Source: Xylographa opegraphella (Eukaryota). From it: a DNA stretch of 63,562 nt. Made by a program: the position numbers and the translations under genes. The notes beneath the pieces were generated by a model, which worked only from the letters and a program-made list of their open reading frames with translations, did not search any database and was not told the DNA's origin. Where the stretch lies: NCBI GenBank assembly GCA_022813865.1, contig JALDZX010000021.1, positions 310,001-373,562 of the forward strand, written 5' to 3'. Each line of letters begins with the position of its first letter. The stretch's first letter is position 1. Below are positions 49,010 to 63,357 of the stretch, in pieces.

Positions 49010-49870
49010 ATGCGCACTGTATATACCAGGCTGCCATCAAGCCTCTCCAAAAGTTCATTATGTGCAGCGCGGTGCCCTTCTCTTCACACCATCACCAAAT
49101 CCGTTAGTAAACGCTTCATATCAACCACCCCCAAGCCCCGCCAAAATGTCGCCCCTACGATGGAGCAGCTCCGCGCTCCTTTCCTCAAGAAGAACAACTC
49201 CACAGCGTACTTTCTGAAATACTTACATTACAAATCCACTTGCTAAACTGTCCTAGCTACTACACTCTTAGCATCATCCTCGGCACCGTCGCCCTCTCTT
49301 ACGGCTCCGTTCCCTTGTACAAAATGATCTGCCAACAGATGGGCTGGGGCGGCCAGCCCATCCAATCCACCACGCACTCATCCTCCCCCGCCCGGCTTGT
49401 GCCCTTGACCACCTCTCCTCGCCTGCGCATCACCTTCAACGCGTCCGTCTCCGATGTCCTCCCGTGGAAATTCACCCCTCAGCAACGGGAAGTGCGTGTG
49501 CTACCAGGGGAGACGGCACTGGCATTCTACACAGCTACGAACACGAGTACAGAGGACATCATTGGGGTTGCGACATATAGCGTCAGCCCAGGGCAAGTGG
49601 CGCCATATTTCAGCAAGATCCAATGCTTTTGCTTCGAGGAACAGAGGTTAGGGGCAGGGGAGACGGTGGACATGCCGGTGTTCTTCTTCGTGGATCCGGA
49701 CTTTGCGCGGGATCCGCAAATGAAGGGCATCGAGACAGTGACTCTGAGTTATACGTTCTTCAGTATGTAATGAGTGTGACTCAGACATGGAAACTGGCTG
49801 ATAAAGGGCTACAGAAGCGCGTTACGATAAAAATGGCAACCTGACGCCAATGCCGGCAGCCATGGGATGA
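49010..49870 (+). CDS. cox11: Cytochrome c oxidase copper chaperone Cox11; 2 introns
   Basis: YGSVPLYKMIC; PWKFTPQQREV; PGETALAFY; YFSKIQCFCFEEQ; TLSYTFF. Confidence 0.97.
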
Positions 49871-51015
49871 GATAAACCAATTGAGTATACACTACGGAGG
49901 TTTCGGATGCAGCATGGAGCATGGTGTCAAGGCAATGTTGCATTTGGTTTGAGAACGAAGACATTTATTGGGCGGAGTCGTCGCATTTGCTAATGAAAAT
50001 CTGGTAGATAGGACAGGTCAAATATAGATCATGAATTCTACTCCTGGATAACTTTCCAATACAAGTGCCTTTGCACACCACCTCATTGTTCGCTGTTTCT
50101 TGTATAGAAGGTATTTTATGGCAACAGAGTTGCTAAAACATGACAACATGAATTCTCAGGGGAACTATCATGAACGTTTCCATTGCATAATATGCATTAT
50201 CAGGCTTTTGGGGCGGAAAACGCGCCCTCAATAAGTTCGACTTCCTGACTCTTCCTTGTGCCAATAACGAATTTAGTTTATTGTACATTATTACTTCGTT
50301 TGTTGGTTCTTGGGCAACTGACATTGATAGACATTCAGCTTCAAAGGCAATATTGAAGAGTGTCACTTCGGACATCCATCAATCAGTCGTCTTTTGAGGC
50401 AGCGTCAACCCGATAAATTTCTGTATAATCCACATGCGGACTGCTAGGAGCAAAGTACGGTCGCCTGATTTGTGGTCGGTGTTGCTTTCTAGCCAACTCT
50501 CATATCTCCATTGAAGAAGGACCGACGGATTTAAGGCGCTAGAGGAATTTCATGATCTTATGATACAATATCTGCACTCTAGCTATGAACTTTCCAGACT
50601 TACATCAGCTAGAAATTTGATAAACTTTGATTCGACAGCGAAGACGACACGGTCAGCTTTCCGGGTCTGGTGACCCGGCCTCTGCATAGTATACCGCTAG
50701 ACCAGCTATGAGTTTACCTAATTCTCCTATCAAGAGTGCTTAGAGAACATACATCATTGATGGTGAAGCGCACTGCACATAATTGAGGTTATTGACAGTA
50801 GCATATTCTTTCAAAGCAGATGAATGTGTACCATAAGGATGCAATGACTGCAGTATATATCGCGACCCAGTGACTCGGCGATATCGGCTATTGGTGGAAA
50901 TATATCTTCACAACAAGAGGCGGCGGACTATCAGGAGGCTTCGAACAAGAAGATCAAATTGTGTAATTTGCACGATTGCCAGACGTATTGGCGTGAGAAC
51001 CATCAGAGATGCGCC

Positions 51016-52552
51016 TCAATTCAGAACTCTATTGAGTATTTGTCCTAAGACACCTCTGATCTTGGTAGGATTCGTCTGGGCATATGTGAAAAGAATAGCC
51101 GTGCTCAAAGAAAATGCTAGCTGCTCTCTCCACAGATACTACCAAAATAAGAGTCAGCTAATTGAATGATAACCAGATGAGAGTTTCACTTACCTTGCTT
51201 TCGTATCGTCTTGGTAGAAAAGTAGCTACAGCGCGCGGTGCAACGAAGAAGGCGACCTCCTGCCTCCTCTTTCTGGCTTCCAGTAAAATACTCCAACCAC
51301 ACATCATACAGCCGGCACCAACGCAAATCCCTGAATCGATTGTCATGGCACTAATTATCTTCCGACTGAAGATCCGAGGCCCAACTAATGTTCTGGAAAG
51401 ACACACCGAATAATAAAATGTACTGATAAAGGCACCAAGAAATGCTGACGAGCGGATGGCGTCTCTCAATGCCTGATTGAGTGCCGTTAATGAAGGATGT
51501 CGAGCTTTGATCAATAACTGAAGTGGTAGGTACATGGCCATAGAAAACTTGAACGCTCGAAAAAACCGAACCACGGCGTGCCAATGGCACGATTGTCCCG
51601 TTCCCATGTGTACCATTTCACATGGAATGGGAATTGTCTGAGCTGGGTCGCCCCATACTAAAGGCCAACCATAATCTCTGCACATGCCTTCAAGAATCGG
51701 TGCTTGTCCAGTCTCTTTCCCGTAAATGAATTCACCGCGCCTAGCATTACGAAGGACTTCCACAAGCCGCAGATCTACTTGTGCCGCTTGATCAATCCAC
51801 TTGTTATATTCGCGGGGTAGTCTTTCTGGTAGATAAAACCATGCCCACATTACAGCACCAGCGCTCACAGCAAACACTCCAGCGTCAGTTAGTTGTGATA
51901 CTCTGGAGTACACTGAGCTCTGTTGGCCTTTCGATGCACTTGGGCTAGCTAATTGAGTCCACAGATCGCCGATCACAGAATCCAAAGCTCTGACTGAGAC
52001 TAAGATCGTAAGATCCAGGGATTGGCCAAGTAATCCTAGCTCACTGGGATGGGAAGCCTGGACGTCGAGCTGCGTCAAGTTACTGCGAGATGTCAAGTCC
52101 CGCTCCGCCGTTGTTTTCGTCTCTAGAAGTCCCTCATGTGCTCTAGGGGCCCTTTTGACACTGTTCAGCAAACGCAAGCTCAACCATGCAGCAAAAAATG
52201 CAGCATAAAATCGCGACACAATGTTCGAGAGACCGCTAACTTTCAAGGTTGTTGACGATTTCTGGAGAACCAAGTGGATTAAAAACTGTATCAGATATCG
52301 AAAAAGCGTGTATCCGCCAACCAGGGCAGCACAAAACGAAGGGAATCTGTTGAGGTCTAGCGAAGACAAAAGAATATCCTGAATTGATATAAGTGCCTCT
52401 CGCCAGTTCTGACGTTTGCTTCGTAAAGTGAAGAGAACGTTCAGCAGCCTCGGTCCCGTCGAGGAGGCATGGGCAAATAGATATGCCGTTAGAAGTGGCT
52501 TCAGAACCGAGGGATTTTTCAAAGGACCGTGTAGAGAACTGAGCACCACCAT
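51016..52552 (-). CDS. Integral membrane protein, TMEM135-like; one 3' intron
   Basis: Multiple hydrophobic segments; VMWAWFYLPERLPREYNKWI; IPCEMVH; RSSAFLGAF; WSILLEARKRRQEVAFFVAPRA. Confidence 0.8.
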
Positions 52553-53461
52553 TGCCCACTACTCCTCCTCCCCAGAAACTACAGGAGAAGAGCCTTATAC
52601 TGACTGTTCTCCAGAAGGAAGTCGTTTTGTAGAGAGCGCCTATGCTAAGAAGCGGATTGTGGATTTGCCGGTAAACATTGTGAGGCAAGATGCCACACCT
52701 CACGCCGTGCTATTGGCAGTAGAAGCACCGCGTTGCATTAGATTGTGGGCCTGGCGTAAATTCAGATCTGTCAGAGAGGATTTTCAAAGGATCCGAATCA
52801 CTGATATCATCGCCAGCTGTCGTGTCGAGACCGAGGTTCGGGAGGTGAAAAGAAGGTTCACTAAAAGTAAGTCGAATCTCGGAGATGGTCAACGCTAAAT
52901 TAGGTTAACCTCTCCGGAGCCACCGGCGCCGACAAGGTTTCGTGCTGCACGTCCACATTTGCATGTGACGGTATATGAATTGTTGGGGATTCGATGGAGC
53001 TATCAGAGCAGGAGCAGTACTGAAGATTAAGAACACCTTACTTCGCGGCCGGATCCAAACAGTACTACACTACTAGAAACATCTCAAATCGGTGCTTACA
53101 TATACGATTAGGAAATATACTACGATCTGAGTCTATCTACATCAAGACCCAAGGTTCAAAGCTTGTTCCATCTACACACCCACTTGGACCAGCCATTCCC
53201 CACTAGTGGCTTGTATTCCTCGTCGATGGAACAGTGCTGGATGTGGGCCATGGTCATAACATAAGAGGCGGCATCATTGTCTGGGGAACGCTTTTGGAGC
53301 AAGTGACACTCTTGCAGCCCTTCTCCGGAGCGCCAGGAGCATGGTGCTGTGTCTTGAGCGAGCCTTCCAAAATGGATACCCAACATGGTCTTCACTTCAG
53401 ATCACTAAGACATGGGGTGAAGCACACCACTGCCAGCGTTGACACTACACTATCACCACAA

Positions 53462-54961
53462 ATGGCGCATAACAACTTCGGCTGTATGAAAACCTCCCCA
53501 TCACAGAAAGACCTCTCGAACTGACCGTGATTTGGAGTAGATTGGTTTCAGGAAGAACCTGCCCCTCCACCTCCGGCTCCTGCTCAAGGTGAAGCCTTAC
53601 TTAATGACAATGAAACGAATAGGTTCCATGACTTTTTCAACCAAATGGAAGTTGGTCGCTTTGACGATAGTGGCTTCATGTTTGAGGACGTTATTCACAG
53701 CAACAATACAGAAGGGTGGCTATTTCATGACGAACCACCACCACCACCACCCCCCCTCCCTTTATTTCAAAACCCGACAACATCTTCAGCAAGGCCGCCA
53801 GGTGGGCCGACTTTACCGCGGAATAATGGCGCAATTGATCCGTTCACCGACCTTCCTTCTCCTCATGGGAGTTTATATCCTCAGGCAGTTTCAACGTCAC
53901 CGACAATTTTAGCCGCTGCTTCAACTCTTATGAGGAACGGCCGGAGTGACCTCCCAGCCACCCTCCCAATGAATAGACTACGGAATCAGTTTGAGGATTC
54001 ACCTCAGCTTTTCTTCGACCATCGCACAGCTAGAGATCGTCTCGCTTTTGATCAGCACTCATTCGCAGGGCATACACGCGAACTGATCGGAGGTAATTCG
54101 CTAAGCACGTTCATGCCGATTCAGGCGCATATGATACCTAATGGCAGTGAAATCACAGATCGGGCAAATTTAGATGGCCACTCATTGGCAAAGCCAAGTC
54201 TTTATGGCCCTGAGAGGTCGCCTCAAAATGGCCTCGCTCATTCTGATGGAAGTTCACATTTGCAGTGGGGATCGGACGGAAATTTTGCCAATAATCAGTT
54301 CTTCCCACCTGCTCACTTGGAGACTGTCGCTCATGTTACAGATGGTTTGCTTGAGAGAGTTCAGACCTTCGCAGAGCGTACAAGCGCTAACAGTACACAA
54401 CCTCCGAGCCCAATTGTCCAGCGCGCCAAAAATGACAGCAACAGAGCAAAACCTGTCGAGCAGATTACAGTTTTAAAGACAAACTTTGATCACGAAGGAG
54501 AGGATGCCAAAGTAAGCCCAAGGTGGAGAAAGCGTAGGAAAACTAGACCGGAAGTGAAAGAAGAGGACGCTCCGGGAGATGAAGAAGAGGATTGGCAGGA
54601 ACCAATATCGCGGCGCGGCAAGCGCCAAAAACGATCCTTGGGTAAGGCTGGAAAGAAGTTCAGTCTGGATGAGAACCACAGCAAAGGACGAGAGTCGGAA
54701 TCAACGGAGCATAGGCCTGGGAGGGACAATCTGACTGAGGAGCAGAGACGCGAAAACCATATTCTATCGGAGCAAAAAAGGAGAAATTTAATCAAGCAAG
54801 GCTTCGACGACTTATCAGAGCTAGTTCCAGGTCTGAAGTCCGGCGGCTTTAGTAAGAGTGCTATGCTAACGCAAGCTGTCGAGTGGCTGGAGTCTCTTCT
54901 GGATGGAAACGCACGACTTGTGGCGCAACTAGGTGAAATGAACAGAGGCGCTGGGCTGTGA
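53462..54961 (+). CDS. bHLH transcription factor (Ino4-like); probable intron approx. 53483-53540
   Basis: C-terminal LTEEQRRENHILSEQKRRNLIKQGFDDLSELVPGL...SKSAMLTQAVEWL. The start is tentative. Confidence 0.88.
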
Positions 54962-55293
54962 GTTTTCATGGATGGAATTGCTTTGATGATACCCAATGTA
55001 TACCTGGTCTGCTGGGAGGATTATCTGCATTTATGGTCAAGCTGTATAAGCACTCTAGAGAGCAAGTAATCGGCATTATCACGACAACTAAACGTCAATG
55101 CACTTCCTGGATCTCGACCTATCACTGAATAGTGAATAAAAATCGATCGAATGAATTGAGAGAACAGTGCCATAATTCTGCGTGTCGATGTCTTGCGATG
55201 CTTATCCGTAAAAGCTCTGTCGTAAAGTCCGACTTTATCTCGGTCGCCTCTCAACGCGTCGCGGAACCTCGGAATTATACAATATCAATAACA

Positions 55294-56515
55294 ATGGTAC
55301 GTTCAACGAACTGGACATCACTTTTTCAAGAACGTTGTTGTATTAAAAATCCTAGGTCAAGCGCCGAAGCATAACGGGACCAAGGAAGAAGCGTAAGGCA
55401 TCTGACGATGCAATCTTACGCCATCTACGAGGAATTGGGTCAAATGCTTCTCCAGGCCATCGGGCATCAGCGGTGAGCGATTTATCAAACGGGCATGGTA
55501 CAAATGGTGCCAAAAGGAGTCTACCATCACGTGTCAAAGTCAATAAGACTGAAATTGTGAATAGATGTGCAATCGCCTAAAAGATTTGCAGCACAGCTGA
55601 AGCCGAGACTTCGATATATAAGCCAGGATGTCATCAAGACGAAGTGGGAAGTGCTCCCAGAGAACTTGCAACAGCGAGTACGAGAGCTCTTCGTGGCTGT
55701 GGAGCGAACCATCATGGCGAGGCATTCAGAAGATAAGAGAAGACCAGAGACCCAAGCAGCTTTGAGCACAGTAATGAGATCGTAAGAAGATCGAATCCCC
55801 TGTGAAAGGCTAGATGGGCGTTTTACTCATTCCATTTGATAGGCTTTCTAGGCGTCTCCCGCGCATGCCAGTCCCAAGCAAGACCAAAGAAGAACACTTT
55901 AATTACGAATCCCTTGTGAATAAGAGCGTAAGAGCTCTGTTTCCATTTCCTATTGAATACACATTGATTGTCCCTCTAGCTCATTTTAGAACATCAACTA
56001 ACTCCAATCTTGCATTCCACCGCACTGCTGGACAGCCAAATTGCGAGCGAGGAAAGCCTCCTAACAATGGAGCGTGCTGCCTTGGATAGAACGAAGAGTA
56101 ATGCGGAAGCCGAAGTGGAACTGCGGAGCCGTCAAGCGGCAAAGGTAACCATAGTCCAAAGATACTGTTTATCAGATCAGCTAGGGCTAAATTGTTTCTT
56201 CAGCGGTCTGGTTTGCTCCAAGCAGGAATTCAAGTCAAGGAATCTGAAGACAGTGCTACAAATATTGGTTTGATGCCGGTGCCATCAACAAAACCACCGG
56301 CGTTTGAGGTATATCCCCGATTGTCCTTGCGTAGCAAAGCTACACTAACCATGATTAATCGGTAGATGGACGTTGATGGATATCTGCAACCGAGAATCCT
56401 GCAACTTCACGGCCACCTTAAAAGCATCGAGACCAACGCTACGCAGACGAAGGGAATGAACGCTTCAATTTCAGACACTGCTGCTATACTTCAGAACCAG
56501 ACATTGATTTCCTAA
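55294..56515 (+). CDS. Kinetochore CENP-Q/Okp1-like protein (multi-exon)
   Basis: LKPRLRYISQDVIKTKWEVL, RLPRMPVP...FNYE, a coiled coil and LHGHLKSIETN, joined by short GT-AG introns. Confidence 0.7.
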
Positions 56516-57071
56516 CGAATTTGGCCACCGGAGAGCTGATCGTCTCGATGACACAAACTTCAAATGGTAGATGTGCCCTGCTCACCTTTAAGGCAATGAA
56601 TAGGAACCGTGGCTATGTATCTATTGGACCAGCTATACTTCATACCTTAGCGTAGACGTGATACTAGCAAGAGCTTAATACCATACTACCAGAACGAGTA
56701 TCCCTTCGATTGAAGTTTGATTGAAGCTAGAAGAACATTGAAAGTTTGTTCTCGAGCGCTCTCTAATGAAGTCCCGACGCTGTTTCCGTAGAGGTAGATT
56801 CTCTACGGACTTTGGAACATCATGCGTAACACACATGAGCACCGGCGCCAGCGTGTGTCGCAACGAGCCACAGTTGAGCTTGTTGTCCTCATGTTGTCTC
56901 GTGCAGAAAGTTTCTGTGGCTTGTCGTGCAGATCTCCTACCCGTGCCAGTGATTCCCGCTGCGAACAACGACTAGGATACGCGCAGCCAGGGTTCCCCAC
57001 ATTTGACAGGGTTGTTTGTCGCCGTTATCCGTCGCACATGGACCTCCGGACCTGAAAGCACTGGCCATGCC

Positions 57072-58958
57072 ATGGAGAACGAGGCAAGTTCGCAGGATGC
57101 TGGTACAAAACCTGTGGGCTCACCGCCTTCGAACTCGGGAGGTGAGACGGGTTCCAGTATGAGCCCGACAAAACGCCGCAAGGTGAATCACGGTAGGCAG
57201 GCAAGATGTCGGGGATTCCCCATTGGCGACTTATTTACTGACACGCAATTCAGCATGCATTTACTGCCGACGATCGGTGAGCCACAGCACCCCCAATGCT
57301 ACACAACGTCTTCCGTAACTGTTGCTTCGGACCTGCACTTAAGACTGACTATCATGGTGCTGATGCCGACCACAGCATATGACATGCGACCTAGTATGCA
57401 ACCCCACCTTCGTAAACCGGCACTACTGACCTTTGCAACCTGTTTGGCAGGAGCGCCCCTGTACGAGATGTGTCAAGCGTGATATTGGCCATCTGTGTCA
57501 TGATGAACCTCGGGAAGCCGCAAGAAGACCCAAGGGTGAACGTGGTCACACCGGCGGTGACGACGACACACCTCCGCAGCAAGAAGAACCCTCCAGTGAT
57601 AGGTCCGTTGGGCCCCTCGGCAAGCACCCAGCAGACCAGAAGCTGTTACAGGAAAACGGATTGGATATGGCTGCGCCTGGTGTTCCCGGGCAGAGGAAGA
57701 ACAGCACTCAGCTTCCACACGCTGTGCCAGCATCAAATTCAGGCATAGATGCTACGAGTGGTGGCCAAATGTGTGAGTACGGAACGGCTAGTTCAGTCGT
57801 TACTGTTTGCTGATTGTCAGTGACCACAGTCGGAGGTTACAATGACTGGGGCTTAGGAGGCCAAAACCAGTTCCATGATATGCATACGTTTCATCCATCA
57901 TACATGTTCAATGCACCAGAAGTCACGAACGAATACAATCTTTTGAACGATTTCTTAAGCACGAGTCTGCTTGATGACGGCGCGATGTTCTCAGGTGATG
58001 ACGGACATACCATCTATTCCGAAACCGGCGCAATCAATACACTTGCAACCAGTAGAAATGGCAGCAGCGGGTCATATGTTGCAAATGTCCCGCCTCCGCC
58101 TTATACATTAGCTCCAACGCAGAGCTCTATAACACAGGCCAATAGTATTGCTCGCCCACCGAGTATAGTTCCGATTGATAAAGCCCGAGAAACCTATTAT
58201 ATGACAGCTGCAGACCCTTCTGGGAGTGATGCACCCGAAACGAGAATAGGAAAACTACTTCAAGCCAAATACGATGCTGGAATGCTCCGACCTTTCAACT
58301 ATGTCAAAGGGTATGCTCGGCTCAACCAATATATGGAGAAGCACATGCAACCTGGCTCCCGTCACAAAATCATGAGGCAATTAGAGAAATTTAGGCCAAA
58401 GTTTCGAGAGGCCATGCATAGTCTAACCGATGTTCAGCTTGTGCTCGTGGAGATGTGGTTTGAAAAGTGCTTGATGGAATACGATCGTGTATTTGCCAGT
58501 ATGGCTGTCCCTGCTTGTTGTTGGAGACGGACAGGGGAGATCTTCCGAGGCAATAAGGAGATGGCAGAGCTCATACATGTCCCCATCGAGAAGCTAAGAG
58601 ATGTAAGCCTGATTGGTCTACTTTACATACTGCCCAAGCAGCCGCTAATGCGGTCATGATAGGGGAAGCTGGCGATCCACGAGATAATAGTTGAAGACCA
58701 TCTAGTCAGCTATTGGGAAAAGTTTGGAGCTATAGCCTTCGACATATCTCAAAAAGCAATGTTGACAAGCTGTTCATTGAAGAATCCAGATTTACACTCT
58801 ACAGACCCTGAAATACCTTGCTGCTTCTCCTTCACTATCCGCCGAGATGAACATAATATGTAAGTACACATATCCAGATCATACATAATGCAGCTTATCG
58901 TAACAGTCCATCCTTGATTGTTGGTAACTTCCTACCGGTGAATCCAAAAAGGAAGTAG
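57072..58958 (+). CDS. acuM: Zn(II)2Cys6 transcription factor with a PAS domain, AcuM/Rds2 gluconeogenesis regulator; Zn cluster split over micro-exons
   Basis: KRRKVNH|ACIYCRRS|HMTCDL|ERPCTRCVKRDIGHLCHDEPRE; RPFNYVKGYARL; PACCWRRTGEI; CCFSFTIRRD; IVGNFLP. Confidence 0.9.
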
Positions 58959-59323
58959 CAGCGGCTTCTGTGCCTCATATACCCACGGCGTTCTCATCAT
59001 GGCTGTAGCCATTTATTTGGAAAATGTATGGCACAATCTGCTTTTGTGGCATATCTCTCTGTACATTTCTTCGGGTAATCTGTTCATAGACTTGAGTCAG
59101 AATAGAGTCGATGACCTCTACATCTGAAACCTCGATGAATGTTGTTCGTTGATGTACATTTGGAGTTGGCATACATAGATCCGGTTCATGAGGTACGGTA
59201 AGGTATCTTTGGTAACCTTTAGCGGTGGCCCAACGAAGCGAGCTTAGGGTTGTAGCGGGGTCTCGGAGCTTTCGTTAAAATTCTCCCTCAGCATGTCTGG
59301 AGATGGGATTAGTGTTATGGGTC

Positions 59324-62300
59324 ATGGCGTCTGTCAATTTACAACGGAGTACAAAGGCAAGCCCTGTGACAAAGATTCTAGGTTGGTTATAGCATGCTCA
59401 AGTATGCTATCAGGTATCGGCTGATTGGGAATCTGAACATAGAATATGCATCGTCTCTTGAGAACACCTTGACCGTGATTCCGCGACCGCCTTCACTCGC
59501 CACAGACCTCCTTGAACATATCGATAAGCTAGCAGAACATCGATTGGTGGCTGCCATCGATTTTCGAGCCGTCGACGAATATGGAACGAGACTATGGAAT
59601 ATAGCGTCGAGGCTGAAGAAGGACGAAGCCAACAGTATAAAATTGGTATGCTTGGGTATAGTGTCGATCGAGCTTTCATCCCTCCTGGGTACTGCTAATT
59701 GCAGAACCAGTGCGCGTATTCGCCTGCTTACTTCTCGATTGTGGCTACAGAAGTACAGCCGGTGGTACTGCAAGTTAGCTCACTCTCCCATCTTTGTCCT
59801 GTGCGCCATTGATTGCTTCACAGACGCCATTCGAGTACTCAAGTCTGCTTTGAAGACTACAAAGCTTTGCTTAGGTAACCTACATCTAGCTTGACCGATT
59901 CGTGGATATGCGCTGCTCATTTACATCAGACCAGCGGCACGTTGCACTTGCAGAACGGATCGTGGAGAAAGCGGCATATTACGAGGAGGCCCTCAAGCAC
60001 TGTGACAGGGACGATGTACAGGATTCCAATACATTGCACACCGATCTGTCGAGTGATTACTTCATGATGCGGATTGCTCTGGTACTGAAGGGTTTGAAGG
60101 ATTTATAAATTCTCTGCTGAAATAATTCTAGGCATGGCAGCAAGGTCGGCTTGATCTTGCAGAGAATTGGTTTGCAAAGATCGAGCCCGCCTTGGCCGAA
60201 TTGGACCCGATACTTACCGAGAGGCTTGCAGACCTTTTATTTGAGATTGGAAAAGAGCGAAATGGCAAAGCTGCATATGATACAGCGATCCAGTGGCTTG
60301 AGCAGGCTCATGATGTGCTCAGATTAAAGAGTGACGAGGAGCTTAGCAGTGACGCTGGTGACCTTCAGACTTCGATACTGTATACCATGGCTCGAGCACT
60401 CATGCAAGCACCTGGAGACGAAACAATTGGGAGAGCATGGAACATAGCTCATGAACTAGACACAGGTCCAAGTGATAAACTGGCTGTTCTAATTCTAAAA
60501 CTAGACATTATGGATACGAATGCTGAGAATGACCCACAGGATTACTGTGATCTTCTTATCCGAATGATTCGTACAATACAACTCACAGAATCCACTTTCA
60601 TGACGACATTGCATTACATTCATAAGCTTAAGCCGCGAAGCTCTACTCTTGCACATGTTCTCTTAGGAAAGCTCCTGCTAGAACGCTTGCCTGGAACAGA
60701 GAAGCCAGAATGGGTTGAAAGAATACTTGTGACTATCATTTGGAACTTAACAACCTCGAAAGACAATGAAGGTATTCAAGATTCACTAAAACAGATTCTG
60801 GATGTATTGCCAGCCCAGTTTCAGAATTGGATTGGAGCTTCAGCAACGCATGCGGCGCAAACGGTAGCAAATTCACCAACCTTTACATTTTTAGTATATT
60901 GTTTCATTGATTGCTAACGTGATAGCTAGCTGATATGGAGGCGAATAGAAAAAAGCTACAACCAGAGAGAATATAGCGAAGCGATTGTCTGGTCGCGTCT
61001 AGCTCTACATGAAATATTTGATAACTCCGGCGACATGAACATAGGAAAGATACAAAGGTGACAGGAATTATGTTTCAGATTGTTGCACCTAAGCTCACAG
61101 ATGTAGAAAGATAATCATCTGCACTCTCGCAACATCAGACTACGCCACGGCACGCAGTATCTACTCTGGGATGTCAGATACAGTCCGGAGTGCCGATGAG
61201 ACTAAATATCTAATGTACAAAGTCGCCCTACGATCGGGCGACAGAGAGCTGGGTCCTCAAGATGGGTACTGATTCGAGACGCTCACTAACTACCCGCAGC
61301 AGTGGAATGTCTCGAGGCTATTTCTATCGGTTCCACTAAGGATGGTACGCTGCTTTACGCCTGCGTGTTAGAAGCTCAACAGATGGGTCAGAGGGAACAA
61401 GCAATTAGCGCTATGGTACATGTACTTGACAAGTATAATTATGGAAGTCCTCCAGGCGTTAATCTACCCGCACTACTTCGGTATAAATTCCGATGTCTTT
61501 CCCGAGAAACCGGTCGCTCATCGACATAGTTGTACAGCGCGACTGCTCATTCAGGAGATCGAGTCCTCCGTCGGAGGAGACAATTCCAATATTGATGCTA
61601 TCTGTAGCCTGTTTGATGGAGGTATGCCAACCACATTATCATGACTCTGCCACCACTAAAGAGGAAAGCCGTCAGCCAAGCCAAATTACAGCGTAGAGAC
61701 GCGCAGAATGATATATTCTCGCTCTCTGAACTCGACTGGTTTTGTAGGAATGCTTACAACATGGCTGTGCGATTCTGCACGATTTGGAATCCTCCTGAGA
61801 GCTTACGTCTCGTTCAGGTATGCTTGAGGGTATTACGTATTGATGTGACAACCTCCGCTTTTCAGATCTAACTTCACTCAGTTCATTGATCTCTACCCCA
61901 AAGACATGGACACCAGTACTCTCGCGGACCTGTCCCTACGTCGGATGTTCTGCGATTTTCTGGGTGCCTCATTGCTGGTCATGTTAGCTCGTGGAGAGGA
62001 TGCCATAGAGCCACAGGTTTGCCCCTAACCGCCTTGAATTGCACTCGCTAATGCAATCAGTTACAATATTATCTCGACCTGCGTAGACATACTAAAAGCT
62101 TCCAAATACACTTTGTAGCGCAGGTAGATTCACTTCAAGGCGGTGCGAAGGATGATCTATGCCGTAAGGCTTCGATGTTGTTAACCTTCGATTTCGAAGC
62201 TGCTGTACGGCTCAAAGCATGGGACGACGCCGGTCAGATCGTGAGGGTAGATTAACGTGGCCTCCTATACTTGTTCCTAAGCTTAGATATATGAATCAGG

Positions 62301-62938
62301 ATTCTTACGCCTGCGAAGATTCAAAGTTATACGCCAAATTAGCAGACATTGTGCTGTCATCAGAAGCGCCAACAGATAGTGGGTCAGCTATATCGGCCTT
62401 CTACGTTCTTTATGCTAACTTTCAATAGAGATGATCACTATTCTTCAGGTATTTCCACTGATGTCAAACTGATGACACTATGCACGCCAGTACTGATGCA
62501 CGCTTGAGTTTTTTTAGCAAATTGTGAATATCACATGGCGCATTGGTGAGAAGGATGTAACGAAGCTTTCGAGGTGGATTAGATGCCTTTTCCAGCTAGC
62601 ACTGACTTCGAATCTTGAGACTGCCAAATCTCTACTTAATCAAGTCATGACTCTTACTGAAGACAGCAACATAGTAAGAGCTTTAGTGTCACCCGTCTGT
62701 ATTATGGAAGAGTCTACTGAGAAAAGTGTTCTCCCTACAGGCGTATCCAGCAGAAGAGCTCGAATGGCTCGCAACAACATCCTTTAACCGAGCAGTGGAT
62801 TTCTATTGCACCTCGCAGGATGAAGCTTGTAAACAGTGGGCTGAAATGGCGTTGGGAGTCGCACATAATATCAAGGACGGCGGACAGTTGCATGAACTGC
62901 TGCAGACAAAATATCTAGGCCTGAAGTGGGAAGATTGA
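59324..62938 (+). CDS. spo22: Meiotic ZMM TPR protein Spo22/Zip4 (many introns)
   Basis: GTRLWN; LADLLFEIGK...AIQWLEQA; LLYACVLEAQ; ELDWFCRNAYNMA; LSRWIRCLFQ; YPAEELEWLATTSFNRAVD. Confidence 0.9.
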
Positions 62939-63357
62939 GTTCTGTGATTATGGGGACGGAGTGGCAGTCCAAAGAATATAGCAATATCTTGACTACATAC
63001 CTTAGCTGGCGTTTGAAGCCTCGTAGCGAAAGATAATTACAAAGCAGGCACTGTAAGAAAACTAACAGGACAATGTCTTTTGAAAGCTACAAGGACTATA
63101 TGTGATCAAGGCGGCACATTATTAAGCGGATTGTGTAAGGATGAATTCTGGTTAGCAGAAAAAAGGCAGCTAGCGGCAGGCTAACTATTAGCGTATGCAA
63201 TAACCGTGCATTTCCTTGGCGCTCAACTTCCCCCCCCACCCCTCAAAAATGTAATCATACAATAATTTTAGATCATTTTTACAGGTTTTTCTCACTGATT
63301 ATTCTTATTTAATATAATATTCTTATTATTTATATAGATTTCGCAGCCCCCGCTGGC

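Noticed and set aside
49900..51000. 1-kb gap between cox11 and the TMEM135-like gene as a hidden gene or transposon
   Set aside because: Only short ORFs, and no repeats or motifs that I could support.
16400..62938. Functional cluster of chromosome-biology genes (stn1, DNAJC9-like, OB-fold, CENP-Q-like, spo22)
   Set aside because: They are scattered over 46 kb among unrelated housekeeping genes, with no evidence of co-regulation.
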